Positions 13,600 to 28,136 of a stretch of DNA of 64,000 nucleotides are shown here, piece after piece. Source of the stretch: the human T2T-CHM13v2.0 reference genome, Homo sapiens; the NCBI RefSeq assembly GCF_009914755.1, contig NC_060928.1; one strand, given 5' to 3'. The translations under genes were made by a program, and so were the position numbers. Position 1 is the stretch's first letter. The number at the start of each line of letters is the position of its first letter. The notes under the pieces were generated by a model. It did no database searches. It was not told the DNA's origin and saw only the letters and a program-made list of their open reading frames with translations.

Positions 13600-13735
13600 A
13601 GCATCTATTGAGTACCTACAAGATTCCAGGTAATATGCTAAATAATGTCTCATATATTATTACATTCATTATCTTATTTGAGGTTCACAAAAAAATTTCC
13701 AAAAATATCTTCAAATTATAAATGAGAAAGTTTAT
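13600..13735 (-). mobile_element. MIR fragment
   Basis: tattgagtacctac...ccagg...tgctaa...cattatcttattt...tataaatgagaaa matches antisense MIR. Confidence 0.5.
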
Positions 13736-14084
13736 AGCAAATGAAAAAATATATGATTATCCATTTGAATAAATGGCACTGCACTTTCATTCCTCGATTA
13801 ACCAGGGTCATGGGACACAGGCCCCATGGACAAATTTATGCTATGGACAAAATTTAAATACTTAAGTTGTTGAACAAAACAGATTCAAGGTAAGTCTGTT
13901 TGGTGAAAGTTAAATTCAATATTAAAAAAATAGATAATTAGGTTTAATGCTACAAATGATATCCTCTAATAGTTATTTAAGGAGTCCCTCAGTCTTCGTT
14001 CACATATTAAGGCACTCAATAAATTATAAAATATTTAAGTTAGCAATTATTAAGTATTAACTATGAAATTAAAACTGCTTCTAA

Positions 14085-14255
14085 TACTTCTGTAGATAAC
14101 CATAGTTAACACTCACCATAGCCTCAATAGATGGGGACTATTGTTTGACTCTCAATTAGAGAAGAGAAAATGGAGTCTTAGACTAATTAGGTATCTTGCC
14201 TGTAGTCACCTGGCTAGCGAATGTCAAAGCCAAGTTTTAAGGTAGGCCATTTGAC
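14085..14255 (-). mobile_element. MIR fragment
   Basis: agagaagagaaaatggagtcttaga...taggtatcttgcctgtagtcacctggctag matches the antisense MIR core. Confidence 0.6.
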
Positions 14256-14312
14256 TGTTCATCACATGGCATAATTATTTGACTCTATTTTACCAGGCAG
14301 ATGAAAATTAAC

Positions 14313-14387
14313 TTACTTCTTATTTAACTAAAAGAAAAAAAACAGAAAAAAGTTACTTATTATTTAATTAAAAGAAAAAACAGAAAA
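14313..14387. repeat. Two-copy tandem duplication, period 40 bp
   Basis: ttacttcttatttaactaaaagaaaaaaaacagaaaa / ttacttattatttaattaaaagaaaaaacagaaaa. Confidence 0.85.
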
Positions 14388-14934
14388 CAACAAAAACAAG
14401 CAAAGATAAAAGTATTTCAAATATTTATGATTTTTCAGCAAATATCATGTACCTTGTGCTGATTGAACCAAATAATTATTGCATTATTAGTCACTTCATG
14501 AAAGGTCCTTTCATGTTTTAATTTTACTTTTTAAATGTTTTAAATTGCTATAAAAGTGAGTAAAATTAATCTTTTCTTTAAATCAAATAGCAATTTTATT
14601 GCTTGTATTTTAGAAAAAGTTTAAGTCTGTCTCCCATTTTATATTGTTCAAGTTGTTTACATTTTTATTTGCTGTGATAAATACATTTTTCAATTGAATC
14701 CTGGCATCTAAATTATTAACCTATTTATTCAAATGTTGAGAAGACAGAACTTCCCATCTTGCAATGGATACAGTATAGTCTATACTGGCTACTACTAGGC
14801 AACTGAAAATAAGCATTTTTTTATATATAGGTCTATCCCAAAATAGAAAGGTTTAACTGTATTGCATTGAAATAGGATTCATAGGGATAATTTTAAGAAT
14901 GACAATCTCAAGTAAAAGCAGTACAATTAGTTAC

Positions 14935-15112
14935 ATTTAGCTTCAAGCGTTTATTAACAGCACAATCTTGGCCAAGTATTTAATCTCCAAGACTCATTTG
15001 CCTTATATGTAAAATTATACCTCCTTCCCAAAGATATTTTTCAATATTTAATAAGCTGAAGAAATAAACAATAGGTTTATGAAACATGGTAAGAGATTTA
15101 TAAATATTAGCT
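14935..15112 (+). mobile_element. MIR fragment
   Basis: atcttggccaagtatttaatctcc...ctcatttgccttatatgtaaaat is MIR core-like. Confidence 0.55.
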
Positions 15113-15171
15113 CTCCTTTAAATCCTTTATAACACACACAACAAAAACACAAATACACACACAAATAAATC

Positions 15172-15846
<675 letters not shown>

Positions 15847-16373
15847 CCACATCTATAGCTTCATATTATAATTGCATTAATTATATATTACTTACATAAT
15901 ATATTAAACATGATATGTCATACAATCTATAATATTGCATTTCATATATTAATATTGTATATTAACACTGTATATAATTTACATATATCCTCCATACCAA
16001 GAGTTTTAAAGAAACTTAAAACACAATTTATTAAAAATTATAATAGATAATAATGTTCTACGCTGTCCATGAAAGGATAGCAATTTGTATGGCAAATTAG
16101 AAAGATTGCCATATAAAGAAAAAAATAAAACGTAATGGTACCTTCTAGGGTAAACCATAAGTTAGACTCCTTTGTGTTCTAAGTCATCCTATTAAAGTCA
16201 TTGCTGCTTCATATCCCTGAGAGAATAAAATGTTTATGAACCCCAAATAGGGCCAACAGGTGACACAGAGCCCTTTCCCTTTATGAATTCATGCAAATTA
16301 CATCATGACAATTATGACTTAATCCCCAGGATTCTAAACCCCTGGAAAGAGTTTTAGGCACAAGATTAAGAGG

Positions 16374-16690
16374 TGGATGGAACTGGAGGTCATATCTTAA
16401 ATGAAACAAGCCAAGCAAAGAAAGTCAAATATCACATATTCTCACTCCTAAGTAGGGACTAAAAAATGTGTACACATGGATGTAGAGAATGGAATGATTG
16501 ACAGGTAATGAACACTCAAAAGGGTTAGAAGATGGGAGGAGGAGGATGATGAGAAATTAGTTAATGGGCACAATTTACATTATTTGAGTGATGGGTACCC
16601 CCTAAAAGCCCCAACTTGACCACTATGAAATCTGTGCCTGTAACGAAACTACACGTGTATCCCCATACATTTGTACAATTTTTTTAAAAG
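16374..16690 (+). mobile_element. L1MA-type (about MA4) 3' end
   Basis: tggatggaactggaggtcat ... ctaaaagccccaacttgaccactatg ... gtatccccatacatttgtacaa. Confidence 0.88.
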
Positions 16691-16834
16691 AGACCTCTCA
16701 TGGTCTCAGGATTTACAAGAAAAGCTACCTGATCTTTTTAGGTGATTTTCGTTACTTTCCGGAAAACAGGGACTATCGTGTGGTATGGTAAGATTTCCTA
16801 GGACCTGCAATCTAAGACTCAGGAAGAAACGATT

Positions 16835-16927
16835 TTTTAATTTTGTTCAGTAGTGTATCTCCAGTGCTGAAAACAATGGCATATAGTTGATGTTCAACAC
16901 TTAAGTCTGAATAAGTGACTGTATGAA
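16835..16927 (+). mobile_element. L2 3' terminal fragment
   Basis: ttttgttcagtagtgtatctccagtgctgaaaacaatggcatatagttgatgttcaa. Confidence 0.6.
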
Positions 16928-17214
16928 GCATTACTACATCTAAGTTAAAAACTTCTTAGAATTATGTTTGCAAGCTAGATTGCACCGTCTGGTTTTTATA
17001 TGTGCCTAAACCACACACATGTTTTCTCTACCCTTTGGGCTTAACATCTTGTACCTCCTGGTTGTCACTGTCTGCATCAGTCTTGCAGATGAATTTGCTT
17101 CCCAGAATCTTACCAAAAGAACAAAGTATTATCAATCTCTGATCATACCTTGGTACTTTACATTTCCATACCCAATCCCTAGTTGCTCTTAGTTCTAGAA
17201 TGAACTGACACATT

Positions 17215-17718
17215 GATCAAAGATCTTTGTGCCAGACTATAGAATCTGCACTATTTAAGTAAAAGAGATTTATTAAGGGATGTAGAAAATAGCTGATAGG
17301 ATTGAAGAAAAGGTTTGTGTAGTGAGCTGTTAGAAATAGCTTTTAAAGGTCCATCATAGAACTGGGACATCAAAGGATTTGCTGCCCCTGCATTATCAGA
17401 ATTAACCATAGGGGAAGACTTTTCCCCTACCTTCTGGCCTCTGGCTTCAGAGCCACACTGCCTTTGCCATTATCTGTGAAAGGAAAATGGGTATCCCACA
17501 AAAATGGCCTGGGATTTCAGTAAGTCATTCCATAAAAGACCCTGCTTGCATAAATCTGATAAGAGAAATGTCAAGCAAATCTAGAAGGCTAACTGCAAAG
17601 GGATCTGGGAAATGTAGCTTTTAATTTACTAGGCCCTGTAAAAAAAGCCTATAAAAAGGAAAGCATGCCATTTGGTGTTTGAAATGGTTAAGTGAACCAT
17701 TTCACAGAATCCACCACA
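17215..17718 (-). mobile_element. Old MaLR LTR (MLT1K/L/M-like)
   Basis: ctaactgcaaagggatctgggaaatgtagctttt and terminal tccaccaca are typical of antisense old MLT1. Confidence 0.6.
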
Positions 17719-18244
17719 GAGCATATGCAAACTTTATTTAAAAAAGGATATTCACTAACACTTCTGAAGCAATACTGGAAGTTTTTCGCAAATATACTTG
17801 CATATGTAAAAATATTCCGAATTCACATATACCAAAATGGTAACAATTGTCATTTTTACATGATACATAGATCATCAATATTTACCTTCTTGTGAATATA
17901 TACAATTCTTCTGAGGGTTATATAAAATAACACAGAACTTGGAAAGCACTTGACAGAGGACCTGACAGATATTTTGTCTTTACTTTTTATTTCCCTGGCA
18001 CCTAACACTGTTCTAATATTTAAATTAATACACATTTGTTTAAGTAACCTTCATTATCTGATGCAGCTGAGCTTATCATTACCTTTTCTTTTTCTGAATT
18101 CTTCTGGCAAGCTAACATTACCACAACATTTGGGGCACACAGCAGTTGTTTCTAAATGTAGCAGTAGTTAACTACAATCAATAGTTTAAATTAAGTAATT
18201 AAGTTTGTTTCTTGTGTTTTTTTTAAGAATGTCAGATAAATTCC

Positions 18245-18545
18245 TTTATTTATTTATTCATTTATTTATTTTAGAGACAGGGTCACATTCTATTACCCAG
18301 GCTAGAATGCAGTGGCATGATCATAGTTACTGCAGCCTTTAACTCAAGTGGTCCTCCAACCTCAGCCTCTAGAGGGACTAAACTACACACCTGCCACCAT
18401 GCTAGGCTAATTTTTTTTTATTTTATTTTTTGTAGAGGCAGGGTCTCACTATGCTTTTCAGGCTGGTGTTGAACTCCTGACCTGAAGCAATCCTCCAGCC
18501 TCCCAAAACACTGGGATTACAAGCACGAGCCACTGCAACTTGTCC
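18245..18545 (-). mobile_element. AluJ
   Basis: (TTTA)n tail, gagacagggtc, gatcatagttactgcagcc, ttgtagaggcagggtctcactatg. Confidence 0.93.
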
Positions 18546-19893
18546 TAAATTTAAATATATGTCATTATTATAACGTCAAATTCGTACTCTGAGAGAATAA
18601 CGCTTTACTTCCCCCAAAATAAGGAAAATATCTTCTATATATATTTATGGTCAAAGTACTGTCTACTGTATTTTTTTTTCATTACAGTGCTCCATGCATC
18701 ATGGTAAAAACAAGATAAGAATAGTGTTAGTCTAAAAATAAATATGACAGGACAACTAGAGGATACTTAATATTGGTAGGTCAGGTAACTTCAAGTTTGG
18801 AAAATATGTGAATTGTAACTTATAACTTTGTAAAATAATGATTCGACATAGAAGTCAACACTTCTTGAACTCTAATTTTAACATTATATGAAATTGAGGC
18901 TTTTGATAAATATGTTTCTATCATGGATGTACTTAAAACATGATTTTTTTGCATTTTACTCAAAAGGGTTATAGTTAACTTCATTTAATACTTCAAACAG
19001 CACTTTGTGGCATATTATATTTACATTACAGGTTAGAAAGGGAGATTAAGAAATCTTAAGTGGGGGATAAATAACTGAGTCTAGTATTCAGAGTCTAAAT
19101 TCTGGGATAAAGGATTATGTAGAAATTTTTCAATAGCACAGAGCACATTTGAGCAGAATTTCCACTCATTTCAAGTGTCCTGTGGATAATGATTCCATGC
19201 ACCAATAATTTAAGAAACAATGACATAAATTTTAGTAGAATGATATTATTACTTATTGTCTAAGTAATTCAAAATAGTTATTACCCATGTAATGAGTTGC
19301 AACTGTGAAATATATCTTATAATTATTTAAAAGGGATATTATTTATTTTTTGGCATAATAGATAAAACTCTAGTGTATCATATTTAAACAACAAAAAAAT
19401 CCGTCTATCTACTTAGTATCATAGAAGTCATAGGTATAATACCACTTACAGAATTGCAAACTTTTTTATATGAAATTTTTACATTAATAATTCTAAAAAT
19501 ATTTCAAATAACATAAAAATACTTAAAATGCACTTAACTAAATGCTAAGTTCTTAGGTAAGAAGGATATTCTAAAAAATCCAAGCAAATATACTCTTTTA
19601 TAAAGCCAAATTTCATGTTTATAGTGTCTGGACAGACAAAGCAAAAAAAAAAACGGAAATGTGATAGAATGTATAATTTTTATTGGCAAATAAAACAGGG
19701 ATTTTTGTAAGAAAAAAATGCAATATTCATATGAACATTTCAAGAGCTGCTCTTTCATAAAGGCCAACCATTCTAGGTAAGTGAAGTTATTCCTTCAAGC
19801 TAAAGAAATGAAGCCATCAAACACATTTTGGTTATTATTACTTGATATTTCTTCAAACATGACATTCAATTATTTCAGGAGACAGCTTATGTA

Positions 19894-20198
19894 TTTTCTT
19901 TTTTTTTTTTTTTTTTTTTTTTTTCTTTTTGAGACGGAGTTTTCCTCTTGTCCCCCAAGCTGGAGTGCAGTGGTGTGATCTCGGCCACTGCAACCTACTT
20001 CTCCTGGGTTCAAGCGATTCTACTGCCTCAGCCTCCTGAGTAGCTGGAATTACAGGTGCCCACCACCACGCTTGGCTAATTTTTGTATTTTTAGTAGAGA
20101 CGGAATTTCACCATGTTGGCAAGGCTGTTTGGAAACTCCTGACCTCAAGTGATCCACCTGCCTTGGCTTCCCAAAGTGCTGGGATTATAGGCGTGAGC
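19894..20198 (-). mobile_element. AluS (Sq-like), missing about 14 nt at the 5' end
   Basis: Long poly-T, gagacggagttttcctcttgtc ... ggattataggcgtgagc. TSD-like agcttat(g/a)tat on both sides. Confidence 0.96.
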
Positions 20199-20494
20199 TT
20201 ATATATATTTTTTTACAAACCTTCCACTAGAAAGCATTTAGCTCTCTGTTAAGTCTAGAATCAAGAAATCTTGTTTTGGTGATTGAAAGAACAATATTGC
20301 GATGTTAGTGTGTAGGTTAAGACAATATTGATTTATGCAAATAAAAGCCTACTTAAGCATCTGAATACCATTCATTTTATATCCAATGCAGATTTCAACA
20401 AATTCATTATTTATTATTAATAGAAAAAAACCTAAATCAATTTATTCTGTGTTGTTTCCCCCAACATCGCTAATGTGTTGATATCTTTTTAATA

Positions 20495-20514
20495 GCACTG
20501 CCTTCTGGTGGGCA
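20495..20514 (-). promoter_or_regulatory. Candidate CTCF site
   Basis: The minus strand reads TGCCCACCAGAAGGCAGTGC, one mismatch to the CCASYAGRKGGCRS core, in sequence with no recognisable repeat. Confidence 0.4.
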
Positions 20515-21900
20515 AAATGAGCTGCAAAATAAATCACACTGAAACCCAGACAAATGATCCATTGGATAAGAAAATTTATTGGTGGTAACCTTTTGAAAAC
20601 TAGAGGATATATGCAAAATGGGGAGAGAAAGATTATGTGTTTGCATAACATGAATTGAGCCCTTCTTAGAATAAATAAGAAACATGACCAGTTACTTTTT
20701 GAAAACTCTTCTGGTTGATGAAAATGGGATTATTAGATAGAGAAGGATGTTCTTCTCCCTGCTTCCTGTGGCAGAAGGACATCCATCAGGATCATTTTAA
20801 ATTGTAACAACTTATTTCAATGAGTTTTTTAAAGGATGGAGAATAAATACTACCCTTATACCTAGAAAAAGTTATTACTTACATTGAGATCTATACTACT
20901 TGAAAGCAATTTAGAGAGGTATTTACTTAATTTACTTAATTTTCTTTTATAGAATTGGTTAATGTTTTATAGAATTGTTAATTTTGAACAATTGCTAATT
21001 ATTCATGGTTTTATAGAATTGTTTATTGGAACTGAAATTATAATTTTGAATGTTTGTCAAAGTACCAATTATTATCTTATATATATAATGGCTTTCAGAA
21101 TTTGTACTCAACGTTTTACTATTTTTATTTCAAAAACTTGCATTATCACAAAAACATAAATCTCACTCACATAAAGACATGACATATTTTTTAAATAGTA
21201 AAGATCATAAATGGAACAGATGTCAGCTAATGAAATCAGAAAATCTTTCAATGAGCTCATTATAATTGAGAATTACATTTTTAATTGATTTATTTGTCAA
21301 CAATTTGCATTTGTATTGTTAAGTCAAGTATAAAGTTAAGTATTTTGAAATGTTTTAGATTCTCTTATTGGTAATTAAAGAGTTGCCAGTTAATCATCTA
21401 CTATCAAGTTATGCATATGTGACACTGATATTTTGCTGTGAGGTAAGTAATACTCATGAGAGTGCATTCTGCCCTCATTTAATTTTGAAAATTGATTTTT
21501 AATAAAATAAATCCGAGAAAATAGAATTGTTCTCATAGAATGCAATTGCTATGACATAAAAATTATAGTATAAACCATTTGTTGTCCTCTCACATTCTTT
21601 TACAACACTTAATTATTTTTTAAGAAGTATTATTACAAATCTACCATAAATAAACTTGTCTGATGTTTATTCAGCATTACTGCTTGATAAAAACAACCAA
21701 GAAAATAAATCACGAATCTCTTGATTGATATTTTCAAGGAGTAAGTTTTCTCGTCTTCTAGGTACTTGAGGATTATAAGTATTGAGTATAATAGACAAAA
21801 ATACTTAATTTTCATAAATCTTACAAACAATGATTAACTTCAAAAATAACTTTTTGGACTAAAAGTTAACAAACATATAATTCATAATAATGCATGTATT

Positions 21901-22204
21901 GGCCAGGTGAGGTGGCTCATGCTTGTAATCCCAGCACTTTGTGAAGGTGAGGAGAGCAGATCACCTGAGGTCAGGAGTTCGAGACCATCCTGGCCAACAT
22001 GGCAAAACCCCAACTCTACTAAAAATACAAAAATTAGCCAGGGGTGCTGGCACGCATTTGTAATCCCAGCTACTCACAAGACTGAGGCAAGAGAATCACT
22101 TGAACCCAGGAGGCGGAGGTTGCAGTGAGCTGAGATCTTGCCACTGCACTCCAGCCTGGGCAACAGAGTGAGGCTCTGTCTAAATAAATAAATAAACAAA
22201 TAAA
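21901..22204 (+). mobile_element. AluSx-like
   Basis: ggccaggtgaggtggctcatgc ... (TAAA)n tail. Short TSD atgtatt. Confidence 0.97.
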
Positions 22205-22752
22205 GAATGTATTGCAGTTCACTAAAAATATAGTGACTATGCATTTCATGAAATTGTAATAAACTCCATTTCAGGTATTACTTATGCTACTGGCTATATT
22301 GTATTTTGTAAATATAAAGACATGCAATAATTTGGAGAGTCTCATATAGGGCTAAAATACATGAATTGCCATCTTTCAGTTTTACAGGACATTTTAATCA
22401 GTCAATGTAATATAGCTAATGGCTTTCAGTACTAAGAATCTGAAGGCCCATTTCTATCTATTCACCATTTCTGACTGGCTACTTGACCTTGAAGTAGTGA
22501 GCCAACCTCAGAAACTGTGAGATTAATCTACTAGAAAGAGCTCTGAATATTCAAGCATTCCAGATTTGGAGTTCACTATTTCCATTCTCACAGCAACACC
22601 CCTCTGACTTGATTGATATAAATATATGTCCCCGGATACATTAGGCGATTTTCAGTGCTCTGAGGTGCCAATATAAAATAAAGAAAATAAAGGAGAATCT
22701 GAACACATGGTTGCAAAAAAATAAACTGAAAGCAGTGTATATGTACATGAGG

Positions 22753-22802
22753 GAGAGAGAGAGAGAGAGAGAGTGTGTGTGTGTGTGTGCGTGTGTGTGT
22801 GT
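22753..22802. repeat. Compound (GA)n(GT)n microsatellite
   Basis: Read directly from the sequence. Confidence 0.97.
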
Positions 22803-23508
22803 AGACTGCAGGCGCCATAATACATTTATTGTCCCAAATACACACTTTTAATTTGATTAGATATAGTCTTAACATAATATTTTCCTATGGTTTCATATAC
22901 ATAAGAATATTTGCTTTATACGAAGAACAACTGTGTGGCTTCCCCTTTTCATGTACATCAATATATATGACATAATACTTGTCTCATTGAGCTTATAGAG
23001 GATTATAGAGTTTTGAATGATAAATGTTTATAATAATACCAGTGTTTAATGTCCTTGTAAAATTATAAGCCTTAGAATATCTTATATGTAAAGGACTTTT
23101 AACATCATGGATATGTTGTGCTAATATTTACCAAAAAAGATGAATCATATCAAGGGAGGTTAAGTCACTTCTCAAAGATAAGTAATTAGTAAACAACCTG
23201 GCAAAAGTCCTAGACACTTTCTTAGAACACTATTGTGATGTGTTTATCATCATCGATTTTTTTTCTTAAAGTTATGAAGCACTGAACAGTAATTATGTAA
23301 ATTTGCAAGAGAGTCAATATTTGTAACCACAAGATTAAAGGAAACTAACACATAAATAATAAAATTCATATCTATAAAATTTATGATAAAAAGTATCACT
23401 AATAACAGTATGCTAAATGTACCTAATGTACAGTTGGTAATTTGTTAAATAAAACATGATCTATTTTAGGAAAGAACAAAAATGGCAATATTGATCTAAA
23501 TTATTTCC

Positions 23509-23810
23509 TTTTTTTTTAAGAGACAGAGTCTTGTTCTGTCACCCAGGCTGGAGTGCAGGGGCATGATCTCAGCTCATTGCAAACTCCTTCTGGCTTCAAG
23601 CTATTCTCCTGTGTTAGCCTCCTGATTACAGGCATGCGCTACCACGCCTGGCTAATTTTTTATTTATTTATTTATTTTTTTAGTAGAGATTGGTTTTCAC
23701 CATGTTGGCCAGGCTGGTCTTCTGGTCTTGAACTCCTGACCTCAAGTGATCCAACCACCTTGGTCTCCCAAAGTGCTGAGATTACAAGTGTGAGCCACCA
23801 TGCCTGGTCT
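23509..23810 (-). mobile_element. AluS (Sz-like)
   Basis: gagacagagtcttgttctgtcacccaggctgg ... gagccaccatgcctggtc. Internal ctggtctt duplication and expanded (TTTA) linker. Confidence 0.95.
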
Positions 23811-23859
23811 GAATTATATACTTTGGATATGATTTCTCAAAATGCTGGCATGTATGAAA

Positions 23860-23970
23860 GCTAAGTCTTATTTAATAATATGTATTTGAAGATTAAAATG
23901 AGATGATATATGTAGAAAACTCAATACAATGTCTGAAATCTAATAGATACTTATGAAAATATAAGTATTA
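23860..23970 (+). mobile_element. MIR 3' fragment
   Basis: tgaagattaaaatgagatgatatatgtagaaaactcaatacaatgtctg. Confidence 0.6.
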
Positions 23971-25245
23971 AAATACATTATATGGAAGTGGTCATTAGGG
24001 AAATAACTTTAGAGGTCAGTGTCTCTTAATTGCAGAGTCTTAACCAAAATATAACTGGAAATGAAAAAAACATACTTTATTTTTATCACTTCTGAATGCA
24101 TAAAGGCAAGAGTGTCCACTTGAAAAAACAGGAGGAGAAAATTTTGCAATAAAAGCAACTGAACTTTTTCGGTGGATGGACAGTCCAACATCCTTTTATT
24201 TACGGAGAAGGGTAAGGCTGATACTGAGGAGCATGCAAGAGTGCAAGAGCACAGGCACTTTCCACAAAGGATATTATCATTATGGTTGTCATAAATCTTT
24301 TAAATTATTTCAAAAATTAAAAACTTTATTAAGTTGGCAGACTCTGTAAGTTATTTGTAAACCAATAATTACTGAAATCTCAAACTCTACTACTGTTTTC
24401 TCTGAGAACTCTAGAGAGATGCTCTCAAATATAAGTGAATAAAGAAATCATAAATTTAAATACTTCTGTAAAAAATATTAGGGGTGAACTAATTGTGTTT
24501 CTTATTCTAGGTATGTTCCTCAAAGGAAAACATTGTCTAATAATAGTTACAAAATTCTCAATGCATTTTAAGCACTTAATGTACAATATTTTAACATGTT
24601 TTATCTGTTGTGTTACTGAAGAACACTTTACTAAATATGGCTACCTGGTAGTTGACCCTTACTTTCAAATCTGTAGGACTATCTCATTTTTCTATTATAA
24701 TCTTCAGTGCAATTTTATGGAAGGTTATCTTTAACAAATGTTTTATGTGTTAATAAAAGTTCAGGGCACTGGTATCATTACATTGGGGTTGCTGTCATTA
24801 GCAGAAATAGGCACAGAATGCAGAAAATAAGACTTCTAGACATACTCCTGACAATGTAATAAATGTGTTTGAATAAATGAAGTTAACAAATAGCCAGGAA
24901 CTTCAAAGAATTACTAGCTGATAACTGATTACTAATATCAAATGAGGACATAGCTCACATTTCAATAATTAGTAATCAATGAATATAAAATATTTGATTT
25001 TCAGAATTTTTGTCATTTGCCAATGAGTAAGCTATAGCTTTCATGGTTGAAAATGGGTTTTTAATCTTTTAATATTAACATCTGAAAACATTTTAAAGAG
25101 GTCATTCCTAATTTCTAGTAAAATAACATTTCAATATGATTCCCATAAATAGTCAAGAAAAATGTAGTGCTTTTCTAAGTAGAGATAAGCAACAAGTCCT
25201 CATGTAAACATGTATCTCTGATTTACTTAAAAGCCAGGAGTCTAG

Positions 25246-25550
<305 letters not shown>

Positions 25551-27380
25551 CTAAAAGCCACAATGTGTGTGAAAGTTCTGAACCATGTGCTAGCTAATAA
25601 TAGTGAAAGGAGTGACAAGCATCATCTTGAAATTGTTATTGCATTATAAAAGAAAACATATTCCTAGATAGTAGTTGGAAAAACATAATTTCTACTACTT
25701 CAGATGACATGATTTATATACCCCAAGGCAATAAAGTATCAAGTAGAAAGCTACACTACACTTATTTTTACTATAAGTAAAATAAGTTATTGTATTTTTA
25801 CTATAACAGAATACAAATATGATTTAAGATAAACCTGAAACCCTGGAACCCTTCATGAGAAGGAAGATGCATACTCAGTAAGTTTAAATGCATATATCAT
25901 TCAAATGCACATCATACAGCACATCTTGAAGTAAAAATTCCCCTTTTCAACACAATAGTATAAAACTTGGAGTTAATATGAGTGCTTTGAGTATAAATAA
26001 GTATAATAATTTCGCATATAAAATAACAAGCGATACTTCAGTTTGCTGAAAATGCACAGAAATAGTTTGGGAATCCCTGGAAGAACAGTCTTACATAATT
26101 CATTTGAACAAAATATATCTAGCAAAATTATTTAAAAACGCAAATGCATGTGTTTTTTATTCTTCAGCAATATAGACACACAGATGACCCAACATGGAAA
26201 ATAATATATTGTAAAAGTCATTCAGTTGTGGGGAAATGTGCAGAGAGGATTCTATTTGGACTTGTTATAAATAAGCAAGATTGTATCAACAATCTAGAGA
26301 GCCTCTGAAGTGTAACTACCCTTTCAGCATTTCAGAAGACCATGTAAGTTATTAAACTACTTCATATTTATTTTTTAATTTTTGTAGAACACTGAAAAAG
26401 GTAAAAACAGGATATATATCTTTCTATTCAAAAAGGAGGGAAAAAAACTGGACAATTGTGCTTCACTTCATAGACAGGCTTGGGGCCGGGATGCCTTTGG
26501 GAAGGGAAAGGTGAGCAAGGAAGCCCAAAATGTAGACTAAGAAGAGCCAACAAGTGAATGGAGATGCCAGAGGGATCAACCTAAGAAAAGGTTGTGATAT
26601 GCCATCATTATAATCAGCAGAAGCACAAGTTAATGGAAGTCATTTACTGAAGGATGACAATCTACATAGAGTAATTTATTATCTCAATGAGTAAACTTCA
26701 AAATTTAAGAATGTGACTATAGAGAAAAGAGTCTTCCAACATTAGAATAATGTGGACTATGCCATACTAGGAGCTATTGCCAACTTTTAATGCATAAATA
26801 TGTTCTAGCCTTTTTGTAGAAAATTAACTAGATGGCAGTGACTAAATAGTTGGGTCTCCATGAGACACATTTTGAGGAAGTCCATTTGCCAATACATAGA
26901 AGTGACACAACACCAACTCGTAGGGACAATGGTTGGTGGAGGAGTTCAACCACCACAATATAGGGAAAAAACAATAACAACAAAAAAGTTGACGTTTTCA
27001 AGAGCACAGTATGAAGATGGAAAACATCAACAGAGAATACCCTTTGGCCCTGGGGAATCCTCATAGGGCTCAAAATGGCTGTAAAATCACACTGAATATT
27101 TTTAATTATCATTATTTTCTCATTTTTGACTTTTTATTCAAAGTAGCATCACATATCTTTTTTCTTTCTGTTATGAACTTATATAATTGTTATCTTAAAG
27201 CAATCATTTCTTACCTTTGACTCTTGAACTTTCTTGATTTTTTTCCTGCTGGAAATAAAACAGAAAATAGGTCAAAATATGTAAGTAAATATGTGATCAA
27301 CTGTTTCATATAAAGTTTCACTATAGAAGTATCAAAATGATTTTTGTACATATTCCCAGGAACGTGATTCTCGCCTTTAA

Positions 27381-27695
<315 letters not shown>

Positions 27696-28123
27696 TAAAG
27701 TATTTTATTGGAGTAGTAATAACTCTTGGTGGGCATATAATTCTCTAAGAAATCACTAAATTGTATGAATATGGATTCATAAATAAATAAACAAATGGTT
27801 AATGAATAATAAATAATCATGCCTCTCAAATGCCTTAGGCCATTCCATTTAATTCTAACAGATATTAAATAATGCCTTCAGAATTTGCTTTCAATGGCTC
27901 TACATTAATCATAAATTGTTGGTGAAGGAATAAGTTTAGGCACAAACATCGGGGAGAATTTTACTAAGAAAACACAAAAGACTTTTCAACCGTCTTTGCT
28001 TTAGTTTAACTTAGAATTGGACCCCATCTCAATTCTTTAAGGCTAAAGTTGACAACAATTCTATGATTTATTCAAAGGCTGCTCCAGTCAGACTTGTCTT
28101 TCAGTTTGACATTCTCCTTATTA

Positions 28124-28136
28124 GTTACCGGGCAAC
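28124..28136. promoter_or_regulatory. Candidate RFX X-box
   Basis: GTTACC-G-GGCAAC fits GTNRCC(N0-3)RGYAAC exactly. Confidence 0.35.

Noticed and set aside
17409-17429. Hairpin or NF-kB-like taggggaagacttttccccta
   Set aside because: Only an 8-bp stem, wrong spacing for GGGRNNYYCC, and it lies inside an MLT1 LTR.
20945-21021. Three copies of ttttatagaattg
   Set aside because: Irregular spacing in AT-rich DNA suggests slippage duplications, not an array.
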